This document shows, piece after piece, positions 19,247 to 27,309 of a stretch of 64,000 nt of DNA. Location of the stretch: sequence record MT710307.1, one strand, 5' to 3'. The translations under genes were made by a program, and so were the position numbers. Every line of letters begins with the position of its first letter. Positions within the stretch are counted from its first letter, which is position 1. The notes under the pieces were generated by a model. That model made no database searches. It saw nothing but the letters and a program-made list of their open reading frames with translations, and was not told the origin of the DNA.

Positions 19247-20307
19247 TGAAACAGTATTTGGAATTGATGCACGCTGTGTTGAACGAAGGTCACGAGAAAG
19301 CTGACCGTACCGGCACGGGTACCATCTCTATTTTCGGGTATCAGATGCGTTTTGACTTGCGCAAAGGGTTCCCGCTGGTCACCACCAAAAAGCTGCATCT
19401 GCGCTCTATCATTCATGAGCTGTTGTGGTTCCTGAACGGCGACACCAACATCCAGTATCTGAAAGATAACAACGTCAGTATCTGGGATGAGTGGGCGGAT
19501 GAAAACGGCGACCTTGGCCCTGTCTACGGTAAGCAGTGGCGTCGTTGGGAAGACGTTCGCTTGGTGCCGAAGAAAAACGCTGCGCTTATTCAGAAACTGG
19601 AAAGTCGTGGTTACACGAACTACGGTGAAGCAGACGACGGTTCGCAGATGTTCGATGCGCGCGTACTCTTTAAAGAGCACGACCAAATCTCCAAGATCAT
19701 CGACCAGTTGCGTAATGACCCCGACAACCGTCGCATCATCGTCAGTGCATGGAACGTAGGGGATTTGGACGACATGGCGTTAGCGCCGTGCCATTCCTTC
19801 TTCCAGTTCTACTCCCGCCCGATGATGGGCAAAGAGCTGGACACGTATTTGGCGGAGTACCTTAAAACCGATGCGCGTTTGGCAGCGAAACACGCCGAAC
19901 AGGTTGCCCTTTGTGAAGCTGACCCGCAAGGGGATCACGTTAGCTCGCACATGTTCTGCCTGACCAACGATATACCGACGCGTGTACTGTCCTGTCAGCT
20001 TTACCAGCGTAGTGCAGATGTCTTCCTCGGCGTCCCGTTCAACATCGCATCTTACGCGTTGCTGGTTCACATGGTGGCACAGCAGGTCAATATGGTGGCG
20101 GGTGATTTCGTCTGGACGGGTGGCGATACCCATCTGTATTCGAACCATCTGGAACAAGCCACGTTGCAACTTTCCCGTGTGCCGCATGACCTGCCCAAGC
20201 TCGTCATCAAACGTAAGCCCGATTCTATCTTCGACTATAAGTTCGAAGACTTTGAAATCGTCGGTTATGAATCGCATCCGGCGATTAAGGCCCCGGTTGC
20301 TATCTAA
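19246..20307 (+). CDS. thyA: Thymidylate synthase with two insertions
   Basis: [50 protein letters not shown] and the C-terminal [10 protein letters not shown] are all very close to enterobacterial ThyA. Confidence 0.97.
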   Translation: MKQYLELMHAVLNEGHEKADRTGTGTISIFGYQMRFDLRKGFPLVTTKKLHLRSIIHELLWFLNGDTNIQYLKDNNVSIWDEWADENGDLGPVYGKQWRRWEDVRLVPKKNAALIQKLESRGYTNYGEADDGSQMFDARVLFKEHDQISKIIDQLRNDPDNRRIIVSAWNVGDLDDMALAPCHSFFQFYSRPMMGKELDTYLAEYLKTDARLAAKHAEQVALCEADPQGDHVSSHMFCLTNDIPTRVLSCQLYQRSADVFLGVPFNIASYALLVHMVAQQVNMVAGDFVWTGGDTHLYSNHLEQATLQLSRVPHDLPKLVIKRKPDSIFDYKFEDFEIVGYESHPAIKAPVAI

Positions 20308-20316
20308 GGAGCGTGT

Positions 20317-20817
20317 ATGTCTGACAACATACTGAAGTTTCCCGGTAAGCCTAATCCCAACCCTATCACCGTAACACCCCATGAACACCGCGCCCATTTC
20401 CCCATTCACAGCCGTGATGGGAAGGTGGGTTCGTTTACAGTACCGGTGGGTGATATGTATTGGTGGGCGGCAATCTACGAACAGGTTGCTGCGACTAATC
20501 CGTTTTTCGAAAACGTCTTTTACTTCTATTCCGAACCTTACGGTTGGCAGAATCAATCCTTTGCGAAGCGTAGAGCGTCGTGCGAATTGACGATTGACCG
20601 CCGAACCCTGATGGAAATATTGAAAGCGGTGGCTTATACGCACGTTCTGTCTTTTGATAGCCTTCTGAACGACGACGATTACCATCTTGTCCATGATAAC
20701 GCCATGATGGTGTTGGCTGACGATTTGGAAATCGATTATGCGATGGGGATATTCATGTCCCCGACAACGAACCCTGACCGGTTCATCATTAATTTCGTGG
20801 AATGCCATAATGACTGA
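20317..20817 (+). CDS. Hypothetical protein
   Basis: AAGGAG RBS, 166 aa. Confidence 0.75.
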   Translation: MSDNILKFPGKPNPNPITVTPHEHRAHFPIHSRDGKVGSFTVPVGDMYWWAAIYEQVAATNPFFENVFYFYSEPYGWQNQSFAKRRASCELTIDRRTLMEILKAVAYTHVLSFDSLLNDDDYHLVHDNAMMVLADDLEIDYAMGIFMSPTTNPDRFIINFVECHND

Positions 20818-21673
20818 CAAACTCAATAACCTGTATTTCTTCTCCGACCGTTTCTACACCATGCCGGGTGACAACTACTCCTTCGGTATTGTTGCAGCAA
20901 AAGACACGGCCGAAGCCAAACTGATGCTGGGTACCGAACTGGTCGATGGTCTGCCACTGGGCACCACGAACGCAACCGGCCAGATTCTGTGTGCGGAAGA
21001 AATCCGTCACATCGAACCGCGTGCCGACAGCGTAGCGAAAACCGTGGTTGCTGACCTGTGGAAACTGAACGATGGCGTGGATGTTTCCGAGCGTGTGAAA
21101 TACCTGCGCGAAACCATTTCGAAAATGCAGGGTATTGACTGTAGCAATCTGGAAGTGGACTTCACCCGTTGTCTGCGTATTCCGGGCGGTTGTACCAGCA
21201 CCGGCAGTGACCTGTGGCGCATCATGGTGAAACACCCAGACTTCCCGAACACCGTACCGATCATGCTGTCTGCGCAGGGCGACGGTTCAATCACCGGTAA
21301 CGATGATGTGAACTTCACCAAACTCGGTGAAACCGAAGAGTACACTTACCACGAAAACGTGGATCGTGTACTGACGCCTGAATGGCTCCTGCTGGACTTG
21401 CTGGAGCAGCACGGCCTGACCCCAGAAGACTGGTACGTGATTGCCGGTACGGCGCGCGCAGCAGCCTATAGCGCTACCCCGGTAGATGGCTGGGAAGAAG
21501 TCGCTGAAGTATACGGCCAGAACGAAAGCGCGCACGTTATCCGCTTCTGGCTGAACCCAGACTGGCAGAACCTGATTGTGGCAGCAGTGGCGAAAGTGGT
21601 TGAGTCCATGCCAAAAGAGCCGCTGCCAGAAAACCTCGCCGACGAACTGGCGGGTTCCGAATCTGCGGAATAA
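20810..21673 (+). CDS. Hypothetical acidic protein
   Basis: ATG 20810 overlaps the upstream gene end. Strong codon bias. Confidence 0.7.
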   Translation: MTDKLNNLYFFSDRFYTMPGDNYSFGIVAAKDTAEAKLMLGTELVDGLPLGTTNATGQILCAEEIRHIEPRADSVAKTVVADLWKLNDGVDVSERVKYLRETISKMQGIDCSNLEVDFTRCLRIPGGCTSTGSDLWRIMVKHPDFPNTVPIMLSAQGDGSITGNDDVNFTKLGETEEYTYHENVDRVLTPEWLLLDLLEQHGLTPEDWYVIAGTARAAAYSATPVDGWEEVAEVYGQNESAHVIRFWLNPDWQNLIVAAVAKVVESMPKEPLPENLADELAGSESAE

Positions 21674-21707
21674 TCCGCAGAATAACTTAACTGAAAAGGT
21701 GAACAAA

Positions 21708-22160
21708 GTGTCTACGACTCTAATCAATTACGATTTAGTAGTGCAAGAACTTTCCAAAGGCTTGATTGCCCTCGACAGCGAAACGGCGTTGCGTTGCAAT
21801 ATGCTACCCCATATCGCACTCAGTGAGTTCCGCACGATTCGTTACGGTGCCGGTCGCCAGAAAGGTGTAACCGAGTACATTTCGAAGTTAGCTGCGGAAC
21901 ACAATGGGCCGGTGTTGGTTCTGACGCATGCCGTGGCGCTACGGGACGAATTCATGTTTCGCGTCGAAGGTAACTTTCCGGGTAAAGACAACATCACTTC
22001 GTTATGTGGGTACTTCCCCGACAACTGGCGAGTTGAAAAGTTCAGTCTCGTTATTGTTGATGAAGCCGGTTTCTTCTTTAAGAAGTTTGGCTACGATAAA
22101 ATCTATCGCAGTCTGGCAACACAAACGACTGACGATGTTGTGATTCACCTGATTAACTGA
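21708..22160 (+). CDS. Small P-loop NTPase-like protein with degenerate Walker A
   Basis: AAGGTG RBS with GTG start, GAGRQKGVT (Walker A-like, no Lys) and LVIVDEA (Walker B). Confidence 0.55.
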   Translation: MSTTLINYDLVVQELSKGLIALDSETALRCNMLPHIALSEFRTIRYGAGRQKGVTEYISKLAAEHNGPVLVLTHAVALRDEFMFRVEGNFPGKDNITSLCGYFPDNWRVEKFSLVIVDEAGFFFKKFGYDKIYRSLATQTTDDVVIHLIN

Positions 22161-22168
22161 GGTTTGTA

Positions 22169-22333
22169 ATGTCCCAAGTAGAAAAAGAAGTCATCGCACA
22201 AGCAGATACCACTTCACTGGACGATTTGTTTGGTGGTGATATTCCGGGTGTGGATGAGAACGCGGTAGTTGAAGGCGGTGTCGATGCTGGCGCTGAAGAC
22301 GACAACTGCGCAGGCGGTGCCTGCAAAATTTAA
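22169..22333 (+). CDS. 54-aa acidic peptide ending in an NrdA C-terminal-tail-like CxxxxCKI motif
   Basis: Hand-translated: MSQVEKEVIAQADTTSLDDLFGGDIPGVDENAVVEGGVDAGAEDDNCAGGACKI*. GAGG RBS at 22159-22162 and a terminator right after. Confidence 0.85.
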   Translation: MSQVEKEVIAQADTTSLDDLFGGDIPGVDENAVVEGGVDAGAEDDNCAGGACKI

Positions 22334-22340
22334 CAAGAGC

Positions 22341-22374
22341 GGGTGTCCTTATGGACACCCCTATTTCATTTTTT
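22341..22374 (+). terminator. Intrinsic terminator
   Basis: GGGTGTCC-TTAT-GGACACCC followed by a T-rich tract. Confidence 0.75.
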
Positions 22375-22388
22375 AAGGACTATCAGAA

Positions 22389-23222
22389 ATGCAACAGACT
22401 TTTGAGTTACCGATTGAACACAAAGCCGTCATCCTGAACAGCGCCATCTTAGATTTCGTCATGCCTCAGTTGGCGGCGGCCGGTAAACGGATGTCTCGCA
22501 TTACGCGTCTGGCGATCAGCAGTGAAGGGCCACAGACGCTGGTTAACGGTTTTACCTTTGAAGGTGAACCGGCAGAATTCCACGCGATGCTGCGCTACCA
22601 CACCGGACTCGACTTCCACAAAGAGCCGGTCTACCATAACCGCATCGTTCCGCTGTACCGTGTGTCGCAGTGTGTGGCCAAAGTCATTGGCTGGTCAACT
22701 GACCGCGGTATTCTGGAAAACGGCCGTTGGGACTCACAGGGTACCAAGCTGTATGAAGAAGACGGTGAAGCCGCCACTGGCGTTGGTAAAAACAAAAAGC
22801 GCCTGATTATTGATGGTATCGGTGACGCACTGGTTGTACTCGTTAACGTACTGGAGCTGACCAGTATTGATGCCGCAGAAATTGCGCACATCTATCAGCT
22901 GGTACGTGACACCAAAACCGTGGTGGATAACCCGCACTACCATTTCCACAAAATGCGTAAGAACCTGACCGAAGTGGTCGATGTGGTTTACGAATGCGAA
23001 GCCATCGATTCGCCGAAGAAAGTGGAAATCGGTCGCTTAACGCACGACGAGCGTCAGCAGATGTTGGGCCATGCGCAGCAGGCAATCCATCATGCCAACC
23101 AACTGGCACGCCATTACGATTACTCGCTGGATGAGTGCTTCTCTCTGGCGTGGGATGAAATCAAAGACCGTAAAGGTTTCCTGAACGCTGACGGTGTGTT
23201 CATCAAAGAAGCCGACGCTTAA
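22389..23222 (+). CDS. MazG-like nucleotide pyrophosphohydrolase
   Basis: GWSTDRGIL...QGTKLYEEDGE...IDGIGDALVVL and the C-terminal LDECFSLAWDEIKDRKG..NADGVFIKEAD. Confidence 0.85.
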   Translation: MQQTFELPIEHKAVILNSAILDFVMPQLAAAGKRMSRITRLAISSEGPQTLVNGFTFEGEPAEFHAMLRYHTGLDFHKEPVYHNRIVPLYRVSQCVAKVIGWSTDRGILENGRWDSQGTKLYEEDGEAATGVGKNKKRLIIDGIGDALVVLVNVLELTSIDAAEIAHIYQLVRDTKTVVDNPHYHFHKMRKNLTEVVDVVYECEAIDSPKKVEIGRLTHDERQQMLGHAQQAIHHANQLARHYDYSLDECFSLAWDEIKDRKGFLNADGVFIKEADA

Positions 23223-23254
23223 TTCACGTCCACTAACAATGCAGGAGTAGGACA

Positions 23255-24109
23255 ATGGAATACCAATTATTTCTCATCACGAACGACTTTACCAAATCCT
23301 TTGTGGACGAGTCGTTTCATGCCACGGTAGTCGCGCCGACAGAGGCCGCTGCTCGTTGGATTGTTGCCCAGCAATGTACTGACCTTCCGATGAGCGAAGT
23401 GCAGGCTGCGGTGGCTTTTGCAGTGGGTAAGATTGACGCCCCTGCCGAGGGAATAATTTCCTTTGAGTTCGGGAAACGTAATCGCTTCCCAATGCGTAAC
23501 CTTGACGCCTACAAGTTGCGTGACGAGTTTATTGAGGTTGAGCTGCACGGTGGGATACAACCAACGCACGACATTCATCCCCCGGTGCCGGGTGCAGTGG
23601 TCACATGCTTTGCGAGCAAAGAGCATCCGCGTATCGTGCTGATCCGCAGCACCCTCAAAACCAGAACACCGACCCTCATTGAAAAGGTGGGGGTGACGAA
23701 TGAAGCCACGTCGGTTCAGCTTTACACCGTCCATTCGCCGTCGGCGTATACTGAGGTGGCAAAAGGCGAAGTCTTCACCACTGAGTACATCAACCTGTTT
23801 GGACGTGAAGATGTCCTGCTGTTCCGCTCGCTCATTATCCGTAACACCGAGCTGGCCTATCAGAACAAACGCACAGAAGAGTTATTGCAGCAACTGCAAT
23901 CGTTCTTCACCGAAGGGGGTGACCGTAACAGCATGGACGCGGGCGTCAGCTACTATCCGGGACAGAAGTTGTCGATTACTGACCCCAGTAAGTTGGTGTT
24001 GTGGGTCATGTCGTTACCGCAGGTCATCACCCTCGACCGGACGATTACGGAAGAGAGTCTCAAGCCGATTGCAGGCACTAACTGCCACACCCTGAACGCG
24101 GGAGAGTAA
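23255..24109 (+). CDS. Hypothetical protein
   Basis: AGGA RBS, 284 aa. Confidence 0.75.
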   Translation: MEYQLFLITNDFTKSFVDESFHATVVAPTEAAARWIVAQQCTDLPMSEVQAAVAFAVGKIDAPAEGIISFEFGKRNRFPMRNLDAYKLRDEFIEVELHGGIQPTHDIHPPVPGAVVTCFASKEHPRIVLIRSTLKTRTPTLIEKVGVTNEATSVQLYTVHSPSAYTEVAKGEVFTTEYINLFGREDVLLFRSLIIRNTELAYQNKRTEELLQQLQSFFTEGGDRNSMDAGVSYYPGQKLSITDPSKLVLWVMSLPQVITLDRTITEESLKPIAGTNCHTLNAGE

Positions 24110-24110
24110 T

Positions 24111-24611
24111 ATGTTTGATGTGGACATCGTCCCCCAAGGGGACGAGTTCGCAGTACAGATAAACGGCGTCACCATCTGTGTCTGCGACGAACAACGGGCT
24201 AACTTCTGGCGTTGCTGTACGGGCGCGGATAAAGTCTTCGTCAGCTGTGACGTCGGTGTGTCGTTTGGTGAAGAACCGCTGCGGTTGTGTAAGTTCCGTA
24301 TCACTGAAACGGAAATGCGCACCTTCCTCGGACAGGTAGTCTACACCTACGACCATCTCGACCATGAGAACCGTGTGGGTTGGGTAGAAATTGACCCGAC
24401 CATTATGCGGACGTTACGTCAGGGTGCTGAGGAGATTGTTGAGTCACAAAGCATGTGGCTTGATGAAGATGATGTGTATCCGAAAGGGGAACCGTTCATC
24501 CTTATCCATCCTGAACGCAACAGCCGTACGGGGGAAGCCTTTATTGAGCTGATGTTTATCGAGATGCCGGAGAACGACGATGTCGAAGAAAAAGAATCAG
24601 CTGACTTTTAA
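24111..24611 (+). CDS. Hypothetical acidic protein
   Basis: GGAG RBS, 166 aa. Confidence 0.7.
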   Translation: MFDVDIVPQGDEFAVQINGVTICVCDEQRANFWRCCTGADKVFVSCDVGVSFGEEPLRLCKFRITETEMRTFLGQVVYTYDHLDHENRVGWVEIDPTIMRTLRQGAEEIVESQSMWLDEDDVYPKGEPFILIHPERNSRTGEAFIELMFIEMPENDDVEEKESADF

Positions 24612-25023
24612 TGCTGACAGTCAGACCATCAGCGTAAACGGGAAGAACTGGGGTAACCTCGGTTTGGCAGCGTGGGTGCTGGAACGTCTGGCGAATCGCT
24701 CTACCCGTTTCGGGGGTCTCGACTTTGTCATTATCGACGAACCGCTCAAGTACGCACCGTGGCAGAACTTCCATGCCATCGAGATGTACAGTGCGATTCC
24801 GAACATGATAATCTCAAAGGTGCTGGCAGAGCAGAACTACCGCGGTGGCTTTACCAACCCGCATTGGGCACTGACCTCGAGTCAGAAGTACGGCATTGAA
24901 GTGCCGCTACTGAACAAAGTCCCGGCGGACATTGGCGAAGATGCGTTGGTGTTCTTCTTCTCCTACGACCACGCTGAACCAAACAGCGAGTTCCAGTGGA
25001 CGATGCTGCATCAGATGTGTTAA
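24580..25023 (+). CDS. Hypothetical protein
   Basis: GGAG RBS, 147 aa, ends at a terminator. Confidence 0.7.
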   Translation: MSKKKNQLTFNADSQTISVNGKNWGNLGLAAWVLERLANRSTRFGGLDFVIIDEPLKYAPWQNFHAIEMYSAIPNMIISKVLAEQNYRGGFTNPHWALTSSQKYGIEVPLLNKVPADIGEDALVFFFSYDHAEPNSEFQWTMLHQMC

Positions 25024-25072
25024 ATAAAAAGACTACCTACTCCCGAAGGAGTAGGTAGCTTTATTTTTTTTT
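25024..25072. terminator. Bidirectional intrinsic terminator
   Basis: CTACCTACTCC-CGAA-GGAGTAGGTAG, identical to the 8544-8569 hairpin and flanked by A- and T-tracts. Confidence 0.9.
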
Positions 25073-25074
25073 GC

Positions 25075-27264
25075 TTACAGGTCACCACGCGCCGTACCGG
25101 TGAACGCCGTGAAGACGTTGGCCACCATACGAGCAGGAGGGAGGTCGAAGAACTTGTTCATAATCGCACCCTGCGAGAAGGCAGACTTCCATGACTGGAA
25201 CTGCACGTTCGCATTCTGCGTGGCTTTCGCCCAACCACTGGTACGTTGGTGCAAGGTTGCGGAACCCAACACCGCCATGAAGTCGGAGAACTTGTTATCG
25301 TCATCCCACACGCCGGTATCGGTTACGATAGGCATGTACATGGTACGTGACATGTCACGAATGGTTACGTTGATGTCACAAGACAGTGGCACCCCATCGG
25401 TACGCCAGCCCAGACCACCGACACCGAAGTTCAAACTCACGTTCGTCACCATGGCGTTACGCATCGAGTAGCGACCTCGAGAGTAGGCTTCCAGATAGAA
25501 CGGGTGTGTGAACGACTGCTTACCGGTGGCTAACGGACAGACTGCGGCTAACCAGAAGGCCACGGGGAGAATCAGGTCTTGGAAGACGTCTAAGTCCCCG
25601 CCCGACCAACAGCGACACGGAATGGTAAAGGAGATGTCATCGCCCGACGTGTCTGACGAATCCCACACTTCGGGGAAGTCAATCACGGACGAGTTATAGA
25701 GCGACATAATCCCCGATAGGTGGAGGAAGTCTAACGCCCCTGCAAAGGCTGACTTCAATCCGGTGATTAACCCATCCACACCGTCGATACCGGTTTTCCC
25801 GCCTGCCAGACTCACTTCCAGCGAACGGGCTTTTTGGGTGGCAGAGTTGACCGTACCGGAAATCTCTGGCTCTTTGGTGGAGTTACTGAACGTGCGGGTC
25901 GTGGTGTCACGTCCGTTAATCTTCCACGTTACCCACTGTGAACCGTTACTGAGTTCGTCCCCAGCCTGTTGCACAATGCCATCGGTAATCTTCGAGAATT
26001 CCCCGAACATGGTACCGAAGGTGCTCTTTTCCCCTTCCCGCATCCAGTTCTCAATTTTACCGGTGTCTTTTGCCAACGCTTCGCCGTTATCGTCCGCCCC
26101 ATTGCTGTTCGCCATGGTTTGGGCTTGGAGTTGCTGTTGGGCAACGTCTGCCGATTTCAAGAACTGTTGCTCACCGCCACCTGCACTGTCAGCGTCTGCA
26201 AACTTCGCGGTCATGTTGTCCAACACTTGGTCTTCACTCATGTCCGGGTTCTCAACACCTTTATAACCGGCACTGGTACGTGCAAGTTGTTCAAGGGTTG
26301 ACAGCGAGACTTCAAACGAAGCAGCCTTGTCCAGATACTGGCGGCTGTACGTCATGGTCTTGTAGAACGACTGAATCTTCGTGGCCATCTCTGCTTCGGT
26401 TTTGGAGGTGGCTTTGATTTCTTCAATCGTCTTCGCTTGGAAGTTTGCAAGCGTCTGGTAACGGTTAATCATTCGATAGATGTCGAACTCCCCGTTAGAC
26501 TTCCAGATGTCTGGCAGACCTGCGTAGATGTCTTCCTTGTTCGCGTTGAAGTTTTTGTTTTTGTCCTCATCGTTCTTGGCAAGTCCAAACGAGGCAAGAA
26601 TCCCTGTGGGCACCAGACGACGATAAAGCAACTGCGTGTTGACGATGTTCTGCACAGCACGTAAGTAAAGGTGCATGGTCGGCTTCACGTAGTAATACTT
26701 CGAAGACTGTTTGTCGAGAACGGCTTTCATGATTCGTGGGGTAATCAGGATAAGCGCGAACGCGACCGTACCCACGGTGGCCCAGATAGCAGCCGCTGCG
26801 GTGTACGAGGCCAGCGAACGAATGACACCCGGATAGTCACCCGTACGGGCGAGGTACGCGAGTTTCGAATCGTACATGTTGGCAAAGAAGGCAGCAACAC
26901 CAAGATAGCGTGGCTTACCAAATCGGCAGTGCAGATAGAAGGCGTTCTGCTCAATGGATTCGTAATAGTACGCGCCTAAGCGGTACGACCCTTGGGCGGA
27001 GAACGACTCAAACCACCGGCGGTTACTCTGCGGGCCGGGAGCTTCTTTGGGTACCGCTAACGCACCGGTAATCGGTGGGTCAGCAAAGAACGTAAATTGG
27101 GGTGGTGCATTTAACGCGGCGTTACCGCCCACTGTGGTGTCACTGAATGACAGCAGAGCATCGGAGTACGTACGCGTGTTGTAGAAACGGGTATCCCGTG
27201 GCAACTTCATACTGCCAAACAATCCGTTCACCCACGTTGTGTCGTTGAGCGATCGTGTATCCAC
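25075..27264 (-). CDS. Virion structural protein (tail/baseplate-associated, partner of the tape measure gene)
   Basis: 729 aa immediately downstream of the tape measure gene, as in phiKZ-like phages. Confidence 0.7.
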   Translation of the reverse strand: MDTRSLNDTTWVNGLFGSMKLPRDTRFYNTRTYSDALLSFSDTTVGGNAALNAPPQFTFFADPPITGALAVPKEAPGPQSNRRWFESFSAQGSYRLGAYYYESIEQNAFYLHCRFGKPRYLGVAAFFANMYDSKLAYLARTGDYPGVIRSLASYTAAAAIWATVGTVAFALILITPRIMKAVLDKQSSKYYYVKPTMHLYLRAVQNIVNTQLLYRRLVPTGILASFGLAKNDEDKNKNFNANKEDIYAGLPDIWKSNGEFDIYRMINRYQTLANFQAKTIEEIKATSKTEAEMATKIQSFYKTMTYSRQYLDKAASFEVSLSTLEQLARTSAGYKGVENPDMSEDQVLDNMTAKFADADSAGGGEQQFLKSADVAQQQLQAQTMANSNGADDNGEALAKDTGKIENWMREGEKSTFGTMFGEFSKITDGIVQQAGDELSNGSQWVTWKINGRDTTTRTFSNSTKEPEISGTVNSATQKARSLEVSLAGGKTGIDGVDGLITGLKSAFAGALDFLHLSGIMSLYNSSVIDFPEVWDSSDTSGDDISFTIPCRCWSGGDLDVFQDLILPVAFWLAAVCPLATGKQSFTHPFYLEAYSRGRYSMRNAMVTNVSLNFGVGGLGWRTDGVPLSCDINVTIRDMSRTMYMPIVTDTGVWDDDNKFSDFMAVLGSATLHQRTSGWAKATQNANVQFQSWKSAFSQGAIMNKFFDLPPARMVANVFTAFTGTARGDL

Positions 27265-27309
27265 GTTAACCTCACTTATGGAAATGGGGGAGGTTTCCCT
27301 CCCCCGTTG

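Noticed and set aside
19246-20307. ThyA as a dUMP/dCMP hydroxymethylase (modified DNA base)
   Set aside because: The near-host ThyA core with PFNIASY Asn and folate-binding motifs indicates ordinary dTMP synthesis. The inserts are in frame and lack intein (C/S...HN) or homing-endonuclease motifs.
8544-25058. Identical 26-bp palindromic repeats suggestive of CRISPR or IS ends
   Set aside because: They are dispersed kilobases apart rather than regularly spaced, lie at gene ends with A/T tracts, and have no cas or transposase nearby. They are best explained as terminators.
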